Part shown: positions 10,542-20,777 of the stretch, piece by piece
Layout: each line of letters starts with the position of its first letter
How positions within the stretch are numbered: position 1 is the first letter of the stretch
Notes under the pieces: generated by a model
What the model saw: the letters and a program-made list of their open reading frames with translations, nothing else
Told to the model about the DNA's origin: nothing
Databases searched by the model: none
Translations under genes and position numbers: made by a program
NCBI GenBank assembly: GCA_044226015.1
Contig: JBGAHS010000003.1
Coordinates: 704,001-768,000, forward strand
DNA length: 64,000 nt
Direction: 5' to 3'
Source of the DNA: Candidatus Obscuribacteraceae bacterium
Lineage (GTDB): Bacteria; Cyanobacteriota; Vampirovibrionia; Obscuribacterales; Obscuribacteraceae

Positions 10542-12059
10542 ATGAAAAAGACACTTTTGAGCTTTATTGCTCTCGGCGCGTTCGCCGTCGGCAGCATCTT
10601 CTACACCGCCCCGGTGAACGCTCAAGCTCCCGCAGGCGGTCCTGTCATCAACAGCCCGGCGGCACCACCTCCGGTGGCGAAGCCCCAAGCGGCGTTCGAT
10701 GGTCCGTCCCTCTACAAGGCTGCCTTCGAGCAGATCCGTGACTTGCACATCGAACTCAGCACTCCGGAGAAGGTCGCCGCCTTCACCAAGGAGTGGGAAC
10801 ATAAGTTCGACCAGACCGGAGAACTCAAAACTGAGGAAGGCACTGACAAAGCCATTCTCAAGATGATGCAGTCTCTCGGTCAACGCTTCGACTACAGCTT
10901 CGACAAGGAAGCCACCCAAGCCGAAGCCAACCAGGTCGACGCCACGCTCATCGGCATCGGCGCGACGATGAAGCTGAACAAGCTTGCCGAAATCGTCAAG
11001 TCACTGCCGAAGGACTCGAAGCCTGAGGACGTGAAGAAAGCAATCGCCATCAGCAATGAGAACCACTTGCTCATCGAAGAGCCTCTGGAAGGTGGACCTG
11101 CTGAAAAGGCAGGGTTGAAGCCTGGCGACATCGTCCGCAAGGTCGACGACAAAGACGTGAACGGCATGCAAATGACTGAAGCCATCAAGTCCATCAAGGG
11201 CAAGGAAGGCACCTCAGTCAAGCTCACGATTGAACGAACGACTGATGGCAAGACTGAAACCCTGGATGTGACTGTCGGTCGCGCCAAGGTGACGGTTCCG
11301 GATGCAACGTTCAAAGACCTGGGCGACGGCATGTCCTATGTCCGTCTGCGCGACTTCATGTCGAAAAACGCCGTCAAGGAAATGAATGACGCACTGAAGA
11401 AGGCAGCTAAGGGCAAGGGTCTCATCCTCGACCTGCGCGGTAACCCCGGCGGTAGCCTGACGGCTGTCCTGACGATGTGCGGCATGCTCATGGAAGATGG
11501 TCCGATTCTTGTGACTCGGTCTCGCAACGGTGACCGCATCACCGAAGAAGAAATCGTTCTGAACAAAAAGTTCGTACAGAACATTTCTCCGTCCGCCAGC
11601 GACCCCAACAACCTGGAAATCTCGGCTGGTCCTCGCACCAAGCTCATCATCCCCGCCGACATGCCCATCGTGGTGTTGGTTGATGAGGGCTCGGCAAGTG
11701 CTTCCGAAATTCTCTCGGGTGCTCTGCAACACAATCACCGCGCCACCGTTGTCGGCATGCCGACCGTTGGTAAGGGCGTTGGTCAAACCGTAGTGAAGTT
11801 GCCCTTCGGCCGCAGTCTCCATGTCACGAGCTTTGAATTCATCCCCGGTCGTACTCCCAACGACTGGATCGGTGTGATTCCCAACGTCAAAATCGAGCGC
11901 GGCGAAGACCCCAAGGTCGACGCTCAACTCGACAAGGCGAAGGAACTCATCGTTCCGATGATAAAGGCAGTGGAAGACACGCGCACTCAGCGCGACGAAC
12001 AACTCAAGAAGCATCATGAGGAGTTCGAGAAGGAACTGAAGGAACGCAACAAGAACTAA
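10542..12059 (+). CDS. S41 (CtpA/Prc-like) carboxy-terminal processing protease with PDZ domain
   Basis: Signal peptide, PDZ (PAEKAGLKPGD), LDLRGNPGG, catalytic SASASE and GKG. Confidence 0.92.
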   Translation: MKKTLLSFIALGAFAVGSIFYTAPVNAQAPAGGPVINSPAAPPPVAKPQAAFDGPSLYKAAFEQIRDLHIELSTPEKVAAFTKEWEHKFDQTGELKTEEGTDKAILKMMQSLGQRFDYSFDKEATQAEANQVDATLIGIGATMKLNKLAEIVKSLPKDSKPEDVKKAIAISNENHLLIEEPLEGGPAEKAGLKPGDIVRKVDDKDVNGMQMTEAIKSIKGKEGTSVKLTIERTTDGKTETLDVTVGRAKVTVPDATFKDLGDGMSYVRLRDFMSKNAVKEMNDALKKAAKGKGLILDLRGNPGGSLTAVLTMCGMLMEDGPILVTRSRNGDRITEEEIVLNKKFVQNISPSASDPNNLEISAGPRTKLIIPADMPIVVLVDEGSASASEILSGALQHNHRATVVGMPTVGKGVGQTVVKLPFGRSLHVTSFEFIPGRTPNDWIGVIPNVKIERGEDPKVDAQLDKAKELIVPMIKAVEDTRTQRDEQLKKHHEEFEKELKERNKN

Positions 12060-12153
12060 GTTTCTCGTGCTGAGACCGCAAGGTCTCGAACTCAACCAGG
12101 GGAGCCAGCATTGGGCTGGCTCCCCGTTTTTCTTTCACAGGAGATTCTGTTTT

Positions 12154-13737
12154 ATGAAAATCACAACTGCAATCGCCGCTCTGCTGCTGACCCTGAGCAT
12201 GGGCACTGCCAATGCGCAGGTCCCGCAAGACGAGAGCCTCGCGCCGCCGTCTCAGGAGAACAACAAGCCCGCTGTGACGATGCCTCAGCAGCAGGCAGAG
12301 CCGACCGAAGACGAAGACGAAGAGATCATCATCATTCCCGGACCCAAAATCGGCAAGCCGGGCAAGCCGCAGATGACACCTGCGATGTTCGAGATGCTCT
12401 ACCAGGCTGTCTGGGCGAAGGTCGGCAAGGAATATCAGGACCCCTACAAGCTCAACGAATGGGCGTCCTGGCAGAACAAATACAAGGGCAAGCTGAAGAC
12501 GCCGGAAGACCTCGACGCAGCCATCAAGGACATGCTCGGCAGCTTGAAAGACCGCTGGACCGTTTACTACGCACCTAGCGACCTGAAGGCCCAAGAAAAG
12601 GCGCACAAGGAAGGCATGCTCAGCGTCGGCATGCTCGTTCGCAAGCACAGCGACAACCTCTGGCACATCGACAACCTCTCCTTCAACTCGCCAGCGATGC
12701 TGTCCAAGTTGCGGGAAGGTGATGTGATCAAGTCAGTCAATGGCAAGCAACTCGACACGCTCAACGCCAGCCAGGTTTCCGACCTGCTCAAAGGCAAGGA
12801 AGGGGAGAAGCTGGCCATCGTTGCGGTGATGGATGGTGCAGAGCAAACCGTCGAGTTGACATTTGCACCGCAAGGTGAGGATGAAGTCGCGCTTGGTATG
12901 CTTCCCGGCAACATCCTGTACATTCGGCTGCCCACCTTCGTTTCGGAAGAGACGGTAGGCGAGTTCATGCAGGCGCTGGGACAGGCCTGGGAAGCGTCGC
13001 AAGGACAAATCAACGGGCTTGTCTTCGACTTGCGTTACAACTCGGGGGGGCTGGTGACCATGGCACTCTCGGTCTCGTCGGCGTTCCTTGAGAATGGCAC
13101 CGTGACTGCTACCACGACTCGGCAGGACCGCAGCGTTCAGGAGACTCGTTACAACGTGATTCCTGTGCCGCATTACCTTGAGTCGCGAATGCCGAAGGAC
13201 GCGGCGATGTTCACACACTTCCTGCAGACGGTACCAATGGTGGTGCTGACCAACGGTTCAACTGCAAGTGCTTCGGAAATCACCACCGGTGCTCTGAAGG
13301 ATAACGGACGAGCCTATGTCATCGGAACCCACACTTTCGGAAAAGCAGTGGGCTACACTCGGGAAGGAATGCCGAACGGTGGGGTGCTGCAGGTCACAAA
13401 CCTCAGCTATCTCACGCCGAACGGTTCCAACATCGCAGACAAGGGCATCATGCCCGACAAGGTTGTGAACCAACCTCGTGGTCAAGCCATCATGGGTGAA
13501 AACGACGAGCAACTGCAAGCCGCTCACGAGCATCTGATGAAGATTGCCGTTCAGCGTGCTAAGCAGCTCGCCGACGCTCAGAAGCTGTCCACGAAGGGAC
13601 ACACCGATGTCGACGCAAAGAAGTCCGCGCCATTTGTCTGGCATCCGCTGTACATCCTACTTGCCACTGTCGGCGGTAGCTCTGTACTGCTGCTTGTTCT
13701 CTTTGGCGCAAGCAAGCTGAAGCGCAGCAAGCGCTAA
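12154..13737 (+). CDS. S41 protease with PDZ domain and C-terminal TM anchor
   Basis: Signal peptide, DLRYNSGG, TASASEI, TFGKA, C-terminal hydrophobic helix plus KLKRSKR. Confidence 0.9.
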   Translation: MKITTAIAALLLTLSMGTANAQVPQDESLAPPSQENNKPAVTMPQQQAEPTEDEDEEIIIIPGPKIGKPGKPQMTPAMFEMLYQAVWAKVGKEYQDPYKLNEWASWQNKYKGKLKTPEDLDAAIKDMLGSLKDRWTVYYAPSDLKAQEKAHKEGMLSVGMLVRKHSDNLWHIDNLSFNSPAMLSKLREGDVIKSVNGKQLDTLNASQVSDLLKGKEGEKLAIVAVMDGAEQTVELTFAPQGEDEVALGMLPGNILYIRLPTFVSEETVGEFMQALGQAWEASQGQINGLVFDLRYNSGGLVTMALSVSSAFLENGTVTATTTRQDRSVQETRYNVIPVPHYLESRMPKDAAMFTHFLQTVPMVVLTNGSTASASEITTGALKDNGRAYVIGTHTFGKAVGYTREGMPNGGVLQVTNLSYLTPNGSNIADKGIMPDKVVNQPRGQAIMGENDEQLQAAHEHLMKIAVQRAKQLADAQKLSTKGHTDVDAKKSAPFVWHPLYILLATVGGSSVLLLVLFGASKLKRSKR

Positions 13738-13837
13738 GCACACGACAACCAGAGAGAGGGTCGATACAATACTCGACCCTCTCTTCTGGCTCGGCTTTCA
13801 TACCAGTTCAAACAAACACTAACCTGGAGGCAGAGTC

Positions 13838-14188
13838 ATGCGCGTTCCACAATACTTCGGACTGAACGATTGGGCAAAGAAGCTCGTGACAAGGAAACAG
13901 AAGGTCCGCGAGTTCGGCGTACAGGTCTTCGCTGACGGCAAGCGCAAGCGCTTCAACCGCTGGCGTCGGGTTCCTGTCGCGCGAGTGCAAGATGCCGGCG
14001 TCATCAAAGGCATCGGACACATCGTCGCCAAACTTCATCGCTACACTCTTCCCGGCGGCGAGGTGCTTACCGAATACGTCCAAGCTGTGGTTCCCTGCGG
14101 CGGACCTTGCTACTACATCGCACTCAAAGACAAACACGGCAAGGTCGTACAAGAGTCGCTCTGGAGCAAAGACGAACTCACGGGTTGA
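13838..14188 (+). CDS. Small hypothetical protein, family member 1 of 3 in the window
   Basis: QYFGLNDWA...LHRYTLPGGEV..EYVQ..CGGPCYYIALKDKHG; closely similar to 34681-35037. Confidence 0.85.
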   Translation: MRVPQYFGLNDWAKKLVTRKQKVREFGVQVFADGKRKRFNRWRRVPVARVQDAGVIKGIGHIVAKLHRYTLPGGEVLTEYVQAVVPCGGPCYYIALKDKHGKVVQESLWSKDELTG

Positions 14189-14237
14189 ACCGGTGTAGTT
14201 CCAGCAAGGTGCTAAACACACACTGCTGAGGCAAGAG

Positions 14238-14273
14238 AAAGTGGCGCAGAGCGAAAGCTTTGCGTCACTTTTT
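14238..14273 (+). terminator. Intrinsic terminator ending operon copy 1
   Basis: AAAGTGGCGCAGAGC-GAAA-GCTTTGCGTCACTTTTT. Confidence 0.85.
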
Positions 14274-14376
14274 CTGCTTTTTCATCTTTTTGGATTCTCA
14301 GGGCAAAATCCAATTCAAGAAAAAAATGAGGCTTTATACTATATGCCTAAATAGATCAAACGGAAAGAAAGAAGGA

Positions 14377-14407
14377 TGCGAAAGGGGCATTTGCAGCCCC
14401 TCTCGCA
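14377..14407 (-). terminator. Terminator of the 14414-14800 gene
   Basis: Minus strand TGCGAGAGGGGC...GCCCCTTTCGCA followed by pyrimidine tract. Confidence 0.65.
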
Positions 14408-14413
14408 AAACCT

Positions 14414-14800
14414 TCAGTCCTTCTTCTCCTTATCCTCAGGGCAGCGACGGCGAGCCATGCGCCAGAGCGCTTCGTTGAAGCGGCGATGGCTTTCGCGACG
14501 GTTCTTCACTTCTTCCCGAGCCATAGCGCCCATCAGCATGACGGCCGCTGAAATGGGAATCAGGAAGAATGAGATGAAGAGCGACGCAACGCCGATGGCT
14601 GCGAAGGGAACCCAGGTGAAGACGAACTCGGGAGAGCGCATCAAAGTCACCGCGAAGATGACGAAGAAAACGCAAGCCCCGTTGAACCATGAGCTGAAGA
14701 AGCCGTTCCACCCCTGGCCCTCCCCCCAGTAGCGCTCGAATGAGTTGCGCGTCTGACGGAAGAACCAGTAGTCGGGATGAAGTGCTCTGAGCCATTCCAT
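14414..14800 (-). CDS. Hypothetical membrane protein (128 aa)
   Basis: Two hydrophobic segments, GC-rich codons, RBS GGAG. Confidence 0.75.
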   Translation of the reverse strand: MEWLRALHPDYWFFRQTRNSFERYWGEGQGWNGFFSSWFNGACVFFVIFAVTLMRSPEFVFTWVPFAAIGVASLFISFFLIPISAAVMLMGAMAREEVKNRRESHRRFNEALWRMARRRCPEDKEKKD

Positions 14801-15076
14801 GGCAGAACTCCGTATTTGAAGCTTCTATTTTGTTTGCTTTGCTCTCAGGTAAGTCCAGATTTCCAAATCCGAGAAGATGGACTTAGAAGCAACAGGATTC
14901 AGGCTAGTTGGATTTGAGAGTTTTCCTGATTGCCTCGAAAGAAAAGAAATTGAACTAAGAGCAGTCTCCACTTTAGAAAGTTTGGGCTCATGAATTCAAG
15001 TTTTTCTGGACTGGGCCGATGCAAATTAGCTCTGGAACGGGCTTTCTTAGAGCGTTTAAAATACAAAAAGCGAAAT

Positions 15077-15116
15077 AGCGCAGGGCTGGCAAGTCAAAGA
15101 CTGCCAGCCCCGTGCT
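15077..15116 (-). terminator. Terminator of the 15.1-17.7 kb minus-strand unit
   Basis: GGGCTGGCA/TGCCAGCCC stem with T-rich tail on the minus strand. Confidence 0.7.
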
Positions 15117-15146
15117 TCTTTCTAGCCTAGCGAATGCGCTTGATGC

Positions 15147-15674
15147 TCAGCTCTGCTTGAAGCTGAAGAGCCCATCGAGGAACGACCAGAGCGGCGCCAG
15201 TTCGAAGTCGCTGGGGTCATAGAGAGCGGCGCGGAACTCGGGATACTCCTGGCAATAGCGCTGGAATTTCTCGGGCTTGTTCTTGCGGCTGCTCACGCCG
15301 TTGGCACCGCGGTCGCAGAGCTTGACGATGATGGACTTGCGATTGGAAGCGATGCGCGGAAGGCTGATCTTCTTCTTCTCTTCGCGAGTACCCGTTTTGG
15401 GATCGCTCAGGCAATCGACGATGGCGCAGACGGTCGCCGGGAAGCCGACATTGTACATGTCGCGCACCGAACGCCCCGTGTCTTCCGGCACGTCATGAGC
15501 CTGACAGCCCATCATGACTTCGAGGTCGTCACCGAAGCCGAACGCAACAGCGAAGCTGGCGACAATGTCGAGATGACCTTCGCCGTAGCTCTTGCCCTCG
15601 TAGTCCTGACCGACACGACGGTGTTGTTCGTGACACCAGTGTCGCGCCTTTTTGTAACTTATTGTTCCAGACAT
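15147..15674 (-). CDS. Stand-alone HD-domain protein of RelA/SpoT hydrolase (small alarmone hydrolase/Mesh1-like) type
   Basis: H..Q.Y...SY..H, AHDVPEDT (HDxxED), IVKLCDR..N. Confidence 0.8.
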   Translation of the reverse strand: MSGTISYKKARHWCHEQHRRVGQDYEGKSYGEGHLDIVASFAVAFGFGDDLEVMMGCQAHDVPEDTGRSVRDMYNVGFPATVCAIVDCLSDPKTGTREEKKKISLPRIASNRKSIIVKLCDRGANGVSSRKNKPEKFQRYCQEYPEFRAALYDPSDFELAPLWSFLDGLFSFKQS

Positions 15675-15739
15675 GAGATTTCTCCCTTGCAGAAAACATC
15701 TGAGAGTCACCACGGATGGTGACTCTCTGTTTGCGGCGA

Positions 15740-15976
15740 CTAGCGTCGACGCGAGTTGACAGCCGGACGCAACACCGGGGGCATAAGCCCACCGGCAGCG
15801 ACGGCCGCGAGCGCCTCGGCGAAGCTCGCCACGGGCGGCACGTAGATGGCCGGCACCTGGTTGCGAATCAGCCGAAAGCGCGCGTTGAACTCCTCGACAC
15901 GGCGCAGGCGACCGAAGACGGGGCGCTCGAAGTCGCGGTTGTCGACGACGACGGACGGACGGAAACCATTGCTCAT
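15740..15976 (-). CDS. Hypothetical protein (78 aa)
   Basis: RBS AGGAG, GC-rich codons, co-oriented within the unit. Confidence 0.65.
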   Translation of the reverse strand: MSNGFRPSVVVDNRDFERPVFGRLRRVEEFNARFRLIRNQVPAIYVPPVASFAEALAAVAAGGLMPPVLRPAVNSRRR

Positions 15977-16017
15977 GTTTTGCTCCTGTGTTTCAGTGTG
16001 ACAGAATCGTGAAGCGA

Positions 16018-16497
16018 TCAGGCAGCGAGAATCTGCTGCAGACGGTCGCTCGTGAGTTCACCATCGCGCTGCAGCTCGGCGCTGATCGTGTCGATGAGCC
16101 CGCGATTGTCGTTGATGAGATTGCAGGCATTCACCATGCAATCCACCAGAATCTGCCGGTCATAGTCCGGGCTTTCGCAGCGCCAGTTGGGCTTCGTCGT
16201 GTCGGCACAGCGCAGCGCAAGCTCCCTGGCCTGGTCCATCTCGGAGCCAAAGCTGGTCATCTGGCTCTCGGGGTCGAAGAGGCGCTCGGCGACGAAGCCG
16301 CTGACAGCGACGGTGATCTGGCGCCGCATCTCCTGTTCGGAGATTTCGGCGACAGCGTCGGTGCCAGCGAAGTGAACGAACGCTTCCTCGTCCGGCGGGT
16401 CGAGCTTCAGCAGCGTGACCGGGGGTCCGTCGAGAGCCGCGTTGATCATCGTAATCGCGCTGACGTGCATCGCGACGGCAAGATTGGACTGATTCAT
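16018..16497 (-). CDS. Stand-alone FtsH/M41 peptidase-like domain, apparently inactive
   Basis: AVAMHVSAITM in place of AYHEAGH; ITVAVSGFVAERLF; SEMDQA; NRGLIDTISAELQRDGELTSD. Confidence 0.7.
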   Translation of the reverse strand: MNQSNLAVAMHVSAITMINAALDGPPVTLLKLDPPDEEAFVHFAGTDAVAEISEQEMRRQITVAVSGFVAERLFDPESQMTSFGSEMDQARELALRCADTTKPNWRCESPDYDRQILVDCMVNACNLINDNRGLIDTISAELQRDGELTSDRLQQILAA

Positions 16498-16570
16498 CTT
16501 TCACCTTGAGTTGGAAGTTTTGCCAACGAAGCCACCACCAGCGGTGACTCCCATTCTGCGGCGTCTGCGC

Positions 16571-17326
16571 TCAGGAAGCCGAAACTTCGCTGAGCGTGCC
16601 GCGGCGAATCAGGCACGACAGGAGATGCATGCGCCCGGAGAAGGCTTTCGCCTCGTTGAGAACGCGCGCCGCTGCGCTCATATCGCGCGCCTCGACATGC
16701 GACTGCACACGCTCGAGAGCAGCACGCGATTTCTCGCGCAGCTCGGACGGGTCGGCCGCGAACGTGATGAAGCCACGAAGCGAGTTGCTGGAGTCCGTCT
16801 CGTCGGTGGACTTCAGAGTACGAGCCTCGACCTTGCTGTCACGCTCGAACGCACGCCGGGCATTGACGAGTTCGTCGAGGAACCAGTTGGCCGTGCGAAT
16901 GTCGCCGTCGACCTGGAACTGCAGCAAGAAGGCCTTGTCGATGTCGGCACAGACGGAGGGATCCACCGCGACCAGACCGGACTCATCGAGCAGATGGCTG
17001 TACGAGGAAGTGCTGGCGAGCGAGTCGGCGATCCCCTTTTCGAAGGCGCTCACGTCGAAGCCCCGAGCCGCAAGCCGGGTCAACTCGGTGCGGATGCGCT
17101 CGCCGACGCCGAAGTAGGAGCTCGAGATCGTGCCGAAGTCACGGAACTCCAGGTCGACGATGTCGTCGTCGGCAGCGAAATTCCCGGCGGGGAAGTCCAC
17201 GAAGAGGCAGGCGTGCTCGCTCGGGTCGCGCCCGATGAAATTGCAGACCGGTCCGCTCGGGAACTCCCCATCACGAACCAGCTCGTTGAAGTCGCCGACA
17301 ACGAAATCGAGGGTTTGATCAACCAT
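16571..17326 (-). CDS. Hypothetical protein (about 250 aa)
   Basis: RBS CAGGAG before ATG 17326; GC-rich codons. Confidence 0.75.
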   Translation of the reverse strand: MVDQTLDFVVGDFNELVRDGEFPSGPVCNFIGRDPSEHACLFVDFPAGNFAADDDIVDLEFRDFGTISSSYFGVGERIRTELTRLAARGFDVSAFEKGIADSLASTSSYSHLLDESGLVAVDPSVCADIDKAFLLQFQVDGDIRTANWFLDELVNARRAFERDSKVEARTLKSTDETDSSNSLRGFITFAADPSELREKSRAALERVQSHVEARDMSAAARVLNEAKAFSGRMHLLSCLIRRGTLSEVSAS

Positions 17327-17395
17327 GATGATTTCTCCTGCTTGGAAGGCACTTTGTGCCCTGGGTTTCATCAAAAGATCGGCCGCCTGAAGAGG

Positions 17396-17698
17396 TCAGT
17401 CGATGTGAAGTTCCAGCCGCAGCTCAGCTGCTACAGCCTCGGCAAGAGCAAGAACCTTGCCCTCGTCGTCAGTCCAGCACTCGAAAGCGCTGAAACCTTC
17501 ATGGCGAATCTGGTTGAACACCAGCGGTATGCCAGACTTCTTCGCCAGATCAGTCACGGTGTACTCGAAGTCCCAACGCTCAGAATCTGGAATTTCCAGA
17601 GAGCAGGGCCGGTGAGCGACAAAGCCACTGTCGTTAGCAAGGTTTTCACCGAGCAAGAACCAGTGATTGCCGTCGTACTTGTTGAGTCGCAATTTCAT
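17396..17698 (-). CDS. Hypothetical protein (100 aa)
   Basis: RBS AGGAG; first gene of the minus-strand unit. Confidence 0.75.
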   Translation of the reverse strand: MKLRLNKYDGNHWFLLGENLANDSGFVAHRPCSLEIPDSERWDFEYTVTDLAKKSGIPLVFNQIRHEGFSAFECWTDDEGKVLALAEAVAAELRLELHID

Positions 17699-18265
17699 CG
17701 CATGTTTCTCCTGTTAGTCTTGCAATCAGCAGAGAACCGCAAGGGAAACGGCAAATAGTCAGCATTCTGACTGCTTGCCGTTTCTCTCATGCTCTTAACA
17801 GAAAGCGAAGACGCGCGATTGTTTGTTAGTGAACGAGACAAGGAGATCCATCAAGATGGTAAGAAGACTAGAGGCAAGAAGCTTGATGGATAGATGTTTG
17901 TAGAGGATCTCCCTGGTGTTTGCGAAAGGCAATGAAAGTGTGATTTAAACCTAACAAAATCTATGGCCCAAACAAAATTCTCTGCGTCGTGCCCACAGAG
18001 CACAAGCCAGTGTTCATGCGCCTTTCCGGCGAGCACCGTTCTACCCATGGCAACAACACGTAGTAGCCTGGCTAGTACATCCTAAATGAGCACTCAGTTG
18101 CAGCGAAAATGCACATACAGAAACTGAAAATGAGTGTCTTTATTTAAGGAAAAACTGCATATTTAGCCAGCTGTAAAAGCCCTGCTATAGGTTACCAAGA
18201 AAGACCTTTATTGGGTTTGTGTGGTAAATTCATCAGCTATTCGGTCGACTGATGAGCGGAAGAAA

Positions 18266-19720
18266 ATGGAATTCCCAATTGCACTTGATCCCGAATCACC
18301 TATTCCAATCTACCTTCAGATTTCAAAAGCGCTGAAGGAGCACATCTTGTCTGGGGCTCTGGCAAAGGGAAGCAAGCTACCATCGACGCAATCACTTGCA
18401 GAGACCTTATCAGTCGGACGCAGTACAGTCGTGAAAGCATATGAGGATTTGAATAGTCAGGGATATTCAGTTGCTGTCGCCGGTGGCGGAACCTTCGTAA
18501 GTAATCGAGCAATTAAAATCACTGGCGCAGTTGCACCACAGAGAGACTTCCGCAATGCAAGTTTATCCAAATACGGAAAAGAACTTCTCCACATTGCTGG
18601 AAGCGGCGCAACATCAGTAGAAAACGAAATGCTGAACTATGGCGCACCTCCAGTAGACCTACTGCCTATAAAAAGCTGGAAGCAGCTTCTAATAAGCGAA
18701 TGCGAGGAATTCGATATTCAAAGCGGCGATTGGATTCCTGAGCCCTTTGGACTCTATCGCTGCCGCGCTGCAGTAGCCGAGTTCCTCTGCAGAAACAAGG
18801 GGCTCAAATGCAGTCCCGAGCAAGTGATGATTTTCGCTGGCTGCAAGGAGTCTTTTGCAGTCGCCACCAAGTTGCTGGTTGACCCAGGTGACGCAGTAGC
18901 GATCGAGAACCCGAGTTATGAAGATCCCCGGAATTTGTTCGCGTTATCTAGAGCAGAGATTCAGCCAATAAATTGCGATGACCAGGGCATGATTGTGGAC
19001 GAACTCTTTGCGCAAAATAGACCTGCGCGATTTGTTTACGTCACGCCATCCCAGGACCCCACGGGAGTTGTGATGCCAATGAACAGGCGCAAAGCGCTGA
19101 TGGATTGGGCTCAAGAGAATGACACCTATATATGGGAAGAGGGATGGGATAGCGACTATAGCTATGGCTCAGCTCCACTACCTGCGGTGCAGAGCCTGGA
19201 CACACGCGGCAATGTTATTTACTCATACAGCTTCTGGAAAACACTCTATCCTTTAGTAACCCTCGGTGTACTTGTTTTACCGCCGCAACTGATCAACAGT
19301 TTTGAAAAGGCCAGACAAATCGGCGATATTCAGTTCTCCATGTTAGAGCAAAAAGCGCTAGCTAAATTTATTCAGGGTGGACACATGGAAAAGCACCTGA
19401 AGAAAACCAAACGAATTTTTGAAGAGCGGCGAAAAATTCTGCTTGAATGCTTGCTTCAAGAATTTCGCGGCAATATCGAAATTCCGAAGCAGAGTGCGGC
19501 CCTTCACCTTTGCGTGCGCTTTGCCAGCAGTTTCGAAAGAAAGAATTTGATCGCAGCGGCGCAGGCATGCAAACTTCCGTTTTATCCCAGCGCTGGATAT
19601 TACATGCAGGACGAACGCAATAACGAATTTCTGATGCCCTTTACTCTGCTTACCAGCGAAGCTCTTATTCAGAGGGTTCGAGATTTTGTGAATACGCTTC
19701 AAAGTACAGCCAGAGCCTGA
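18266..19720 (+). CDS. MocR/GabR-family (GntR HTH plus PLP aminotransferase-like) transcriptional regulator
   Basis: PIYLQI..LPST..LA..L.V.RSTVVKAY..L..QGY HTH; IENPSY, YVTPS.DPTG, SFWKTL.P. Confidence 0.92.
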   Translation: MEFPIALDPESPIPIYLQISKALKEHILSGALAKGSKLPSTQSLAETLSVGRSTVVKAYEDLNSQGYSVAVAGGGTFVSNRAIKITGAVAPQRDFRNASLSKYGKELLHIAGSGATSVENEMLNYGAPPVDLLPIKSWKQLLISECEEFDIQSGDWIPEPFGLYRCRAAVAEFLCRNKGLKCSPEQVMIFAGCKESFAVATKLLVDPGDAVAIENPSYEDPRNLFALSRAEIQPINCDDQGMIVDELFAQNRPARFVYVTPSQDPTGVVMPMNRRKALMDWAQENDTYIWEEGWDSDYSYGSAPLPAVQSLDTRGNVIYSYSFWKTLYPLVTLGVLVLPPQLINSFEKARQIGDIQFSMLEQKALAKFIQGGHMEKHLKKTKRIFEERRKILLECLLQEFRGNIEIPKQSAALHLCVRFASSFERKNLIAAAQACKLPFYPSAGYYMQDERNNEFLMPFTLLTSEALIQRVRDFVNTLQSTARA

Positions 19721-20777
19721 GCCAAAATCACACAATTACACAGTTTCGCATGTGAGGATTCGCAGTCTGTGATATCGCCGCTACGCCTGCGCGCTGCGCT
19801 ACCATGCGTGGTATCACGTAGATCTTCGGGCCGTTTTTTCGGATCCAGAAAGTGCATCGCATCTGCTCAGAGAGACTCTCGTTTCAGCAGGCGCTTATCC
19901 GGCAGAATCCCGATGGATAGCCGCTTATAGCGACACAAGACTCTAGACACAGTTCAAAGATCATAGAGTCCGGACAAAAAAACTTCGGGAAAACAAAAAT
20001 GAGTCGAAAACAAAAATGAGGCACTTTGAATTGTAACGCGCCTTCGATTGAGCTTATGGACCGAGATTGCCCATAAAGGAAAAACAAATTCTTGAGCAAG
20101 CGATTTTGAAAAAAATGCAAAAACAGAAACTACTGCGATCAAAAAGTGACGAGAAAACGGAAAAACTCCAATTTTGTAAATCGGAGATCAGCTCGCTTGA
20201 GACGCGGATTTCAGGATGCAACGATTTGCGTAACAGCTAGCAGTCTTCACAATTTCAAGAAAAGTTGTTTCTGTTAGCGCTAGTAAAAGCTGTTTGCAGT
20301 ACAGGCAAAAAAGCAGTTTGTACCTGGGCCAGAATCGGCTGAACAAGCTGATTTCACTAGAGCACTGTGTAAAAACCGATCTGCACAATTACACAGTCTC
20401 GATCTGTGAATGGTATCAGATCAAACAGCTATTTCCAAAATCTCGCAGATCCTGTAGTCAGAAGGCTTTCGGGGTCTGCGAAGCTGCGATAAACATCAAT
20501 CATTTCACTTCTTGTGTAAAGAATGCAAAGCATTGTAAAGAGATTCTCCATGCAGCCCTTTTGCAGTGCCGAAAACGCTTGCTATCACTACGTCATGGAT
20601 CAATCAAAAACACGAGCGAGAAAAATTGCGTTCTGAATCTACCTAAAAGGAAGTTTTGGATCTGCGCGTACATATTGCTACTCTGAACTCACGTTTCGTT
20701 TTTCTTTATCTTTCGGAAATTCCCTCAACCCCTTTTCCCAACAAACTTTCATTCGAACATTTCGCTACCCAGTAGGG

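Noticed and set aside
15147..17698. Prophage
   Set aside because: Phage-like small genes, but no integrase, terminase, capsid or tail genes.
19720..20700. Replication origin, suggested by GATC clustering
   Set aside because: No cluster of TTATCCACA-like DnaA boxes and no dnaA/dnaN/gidA neighbours.
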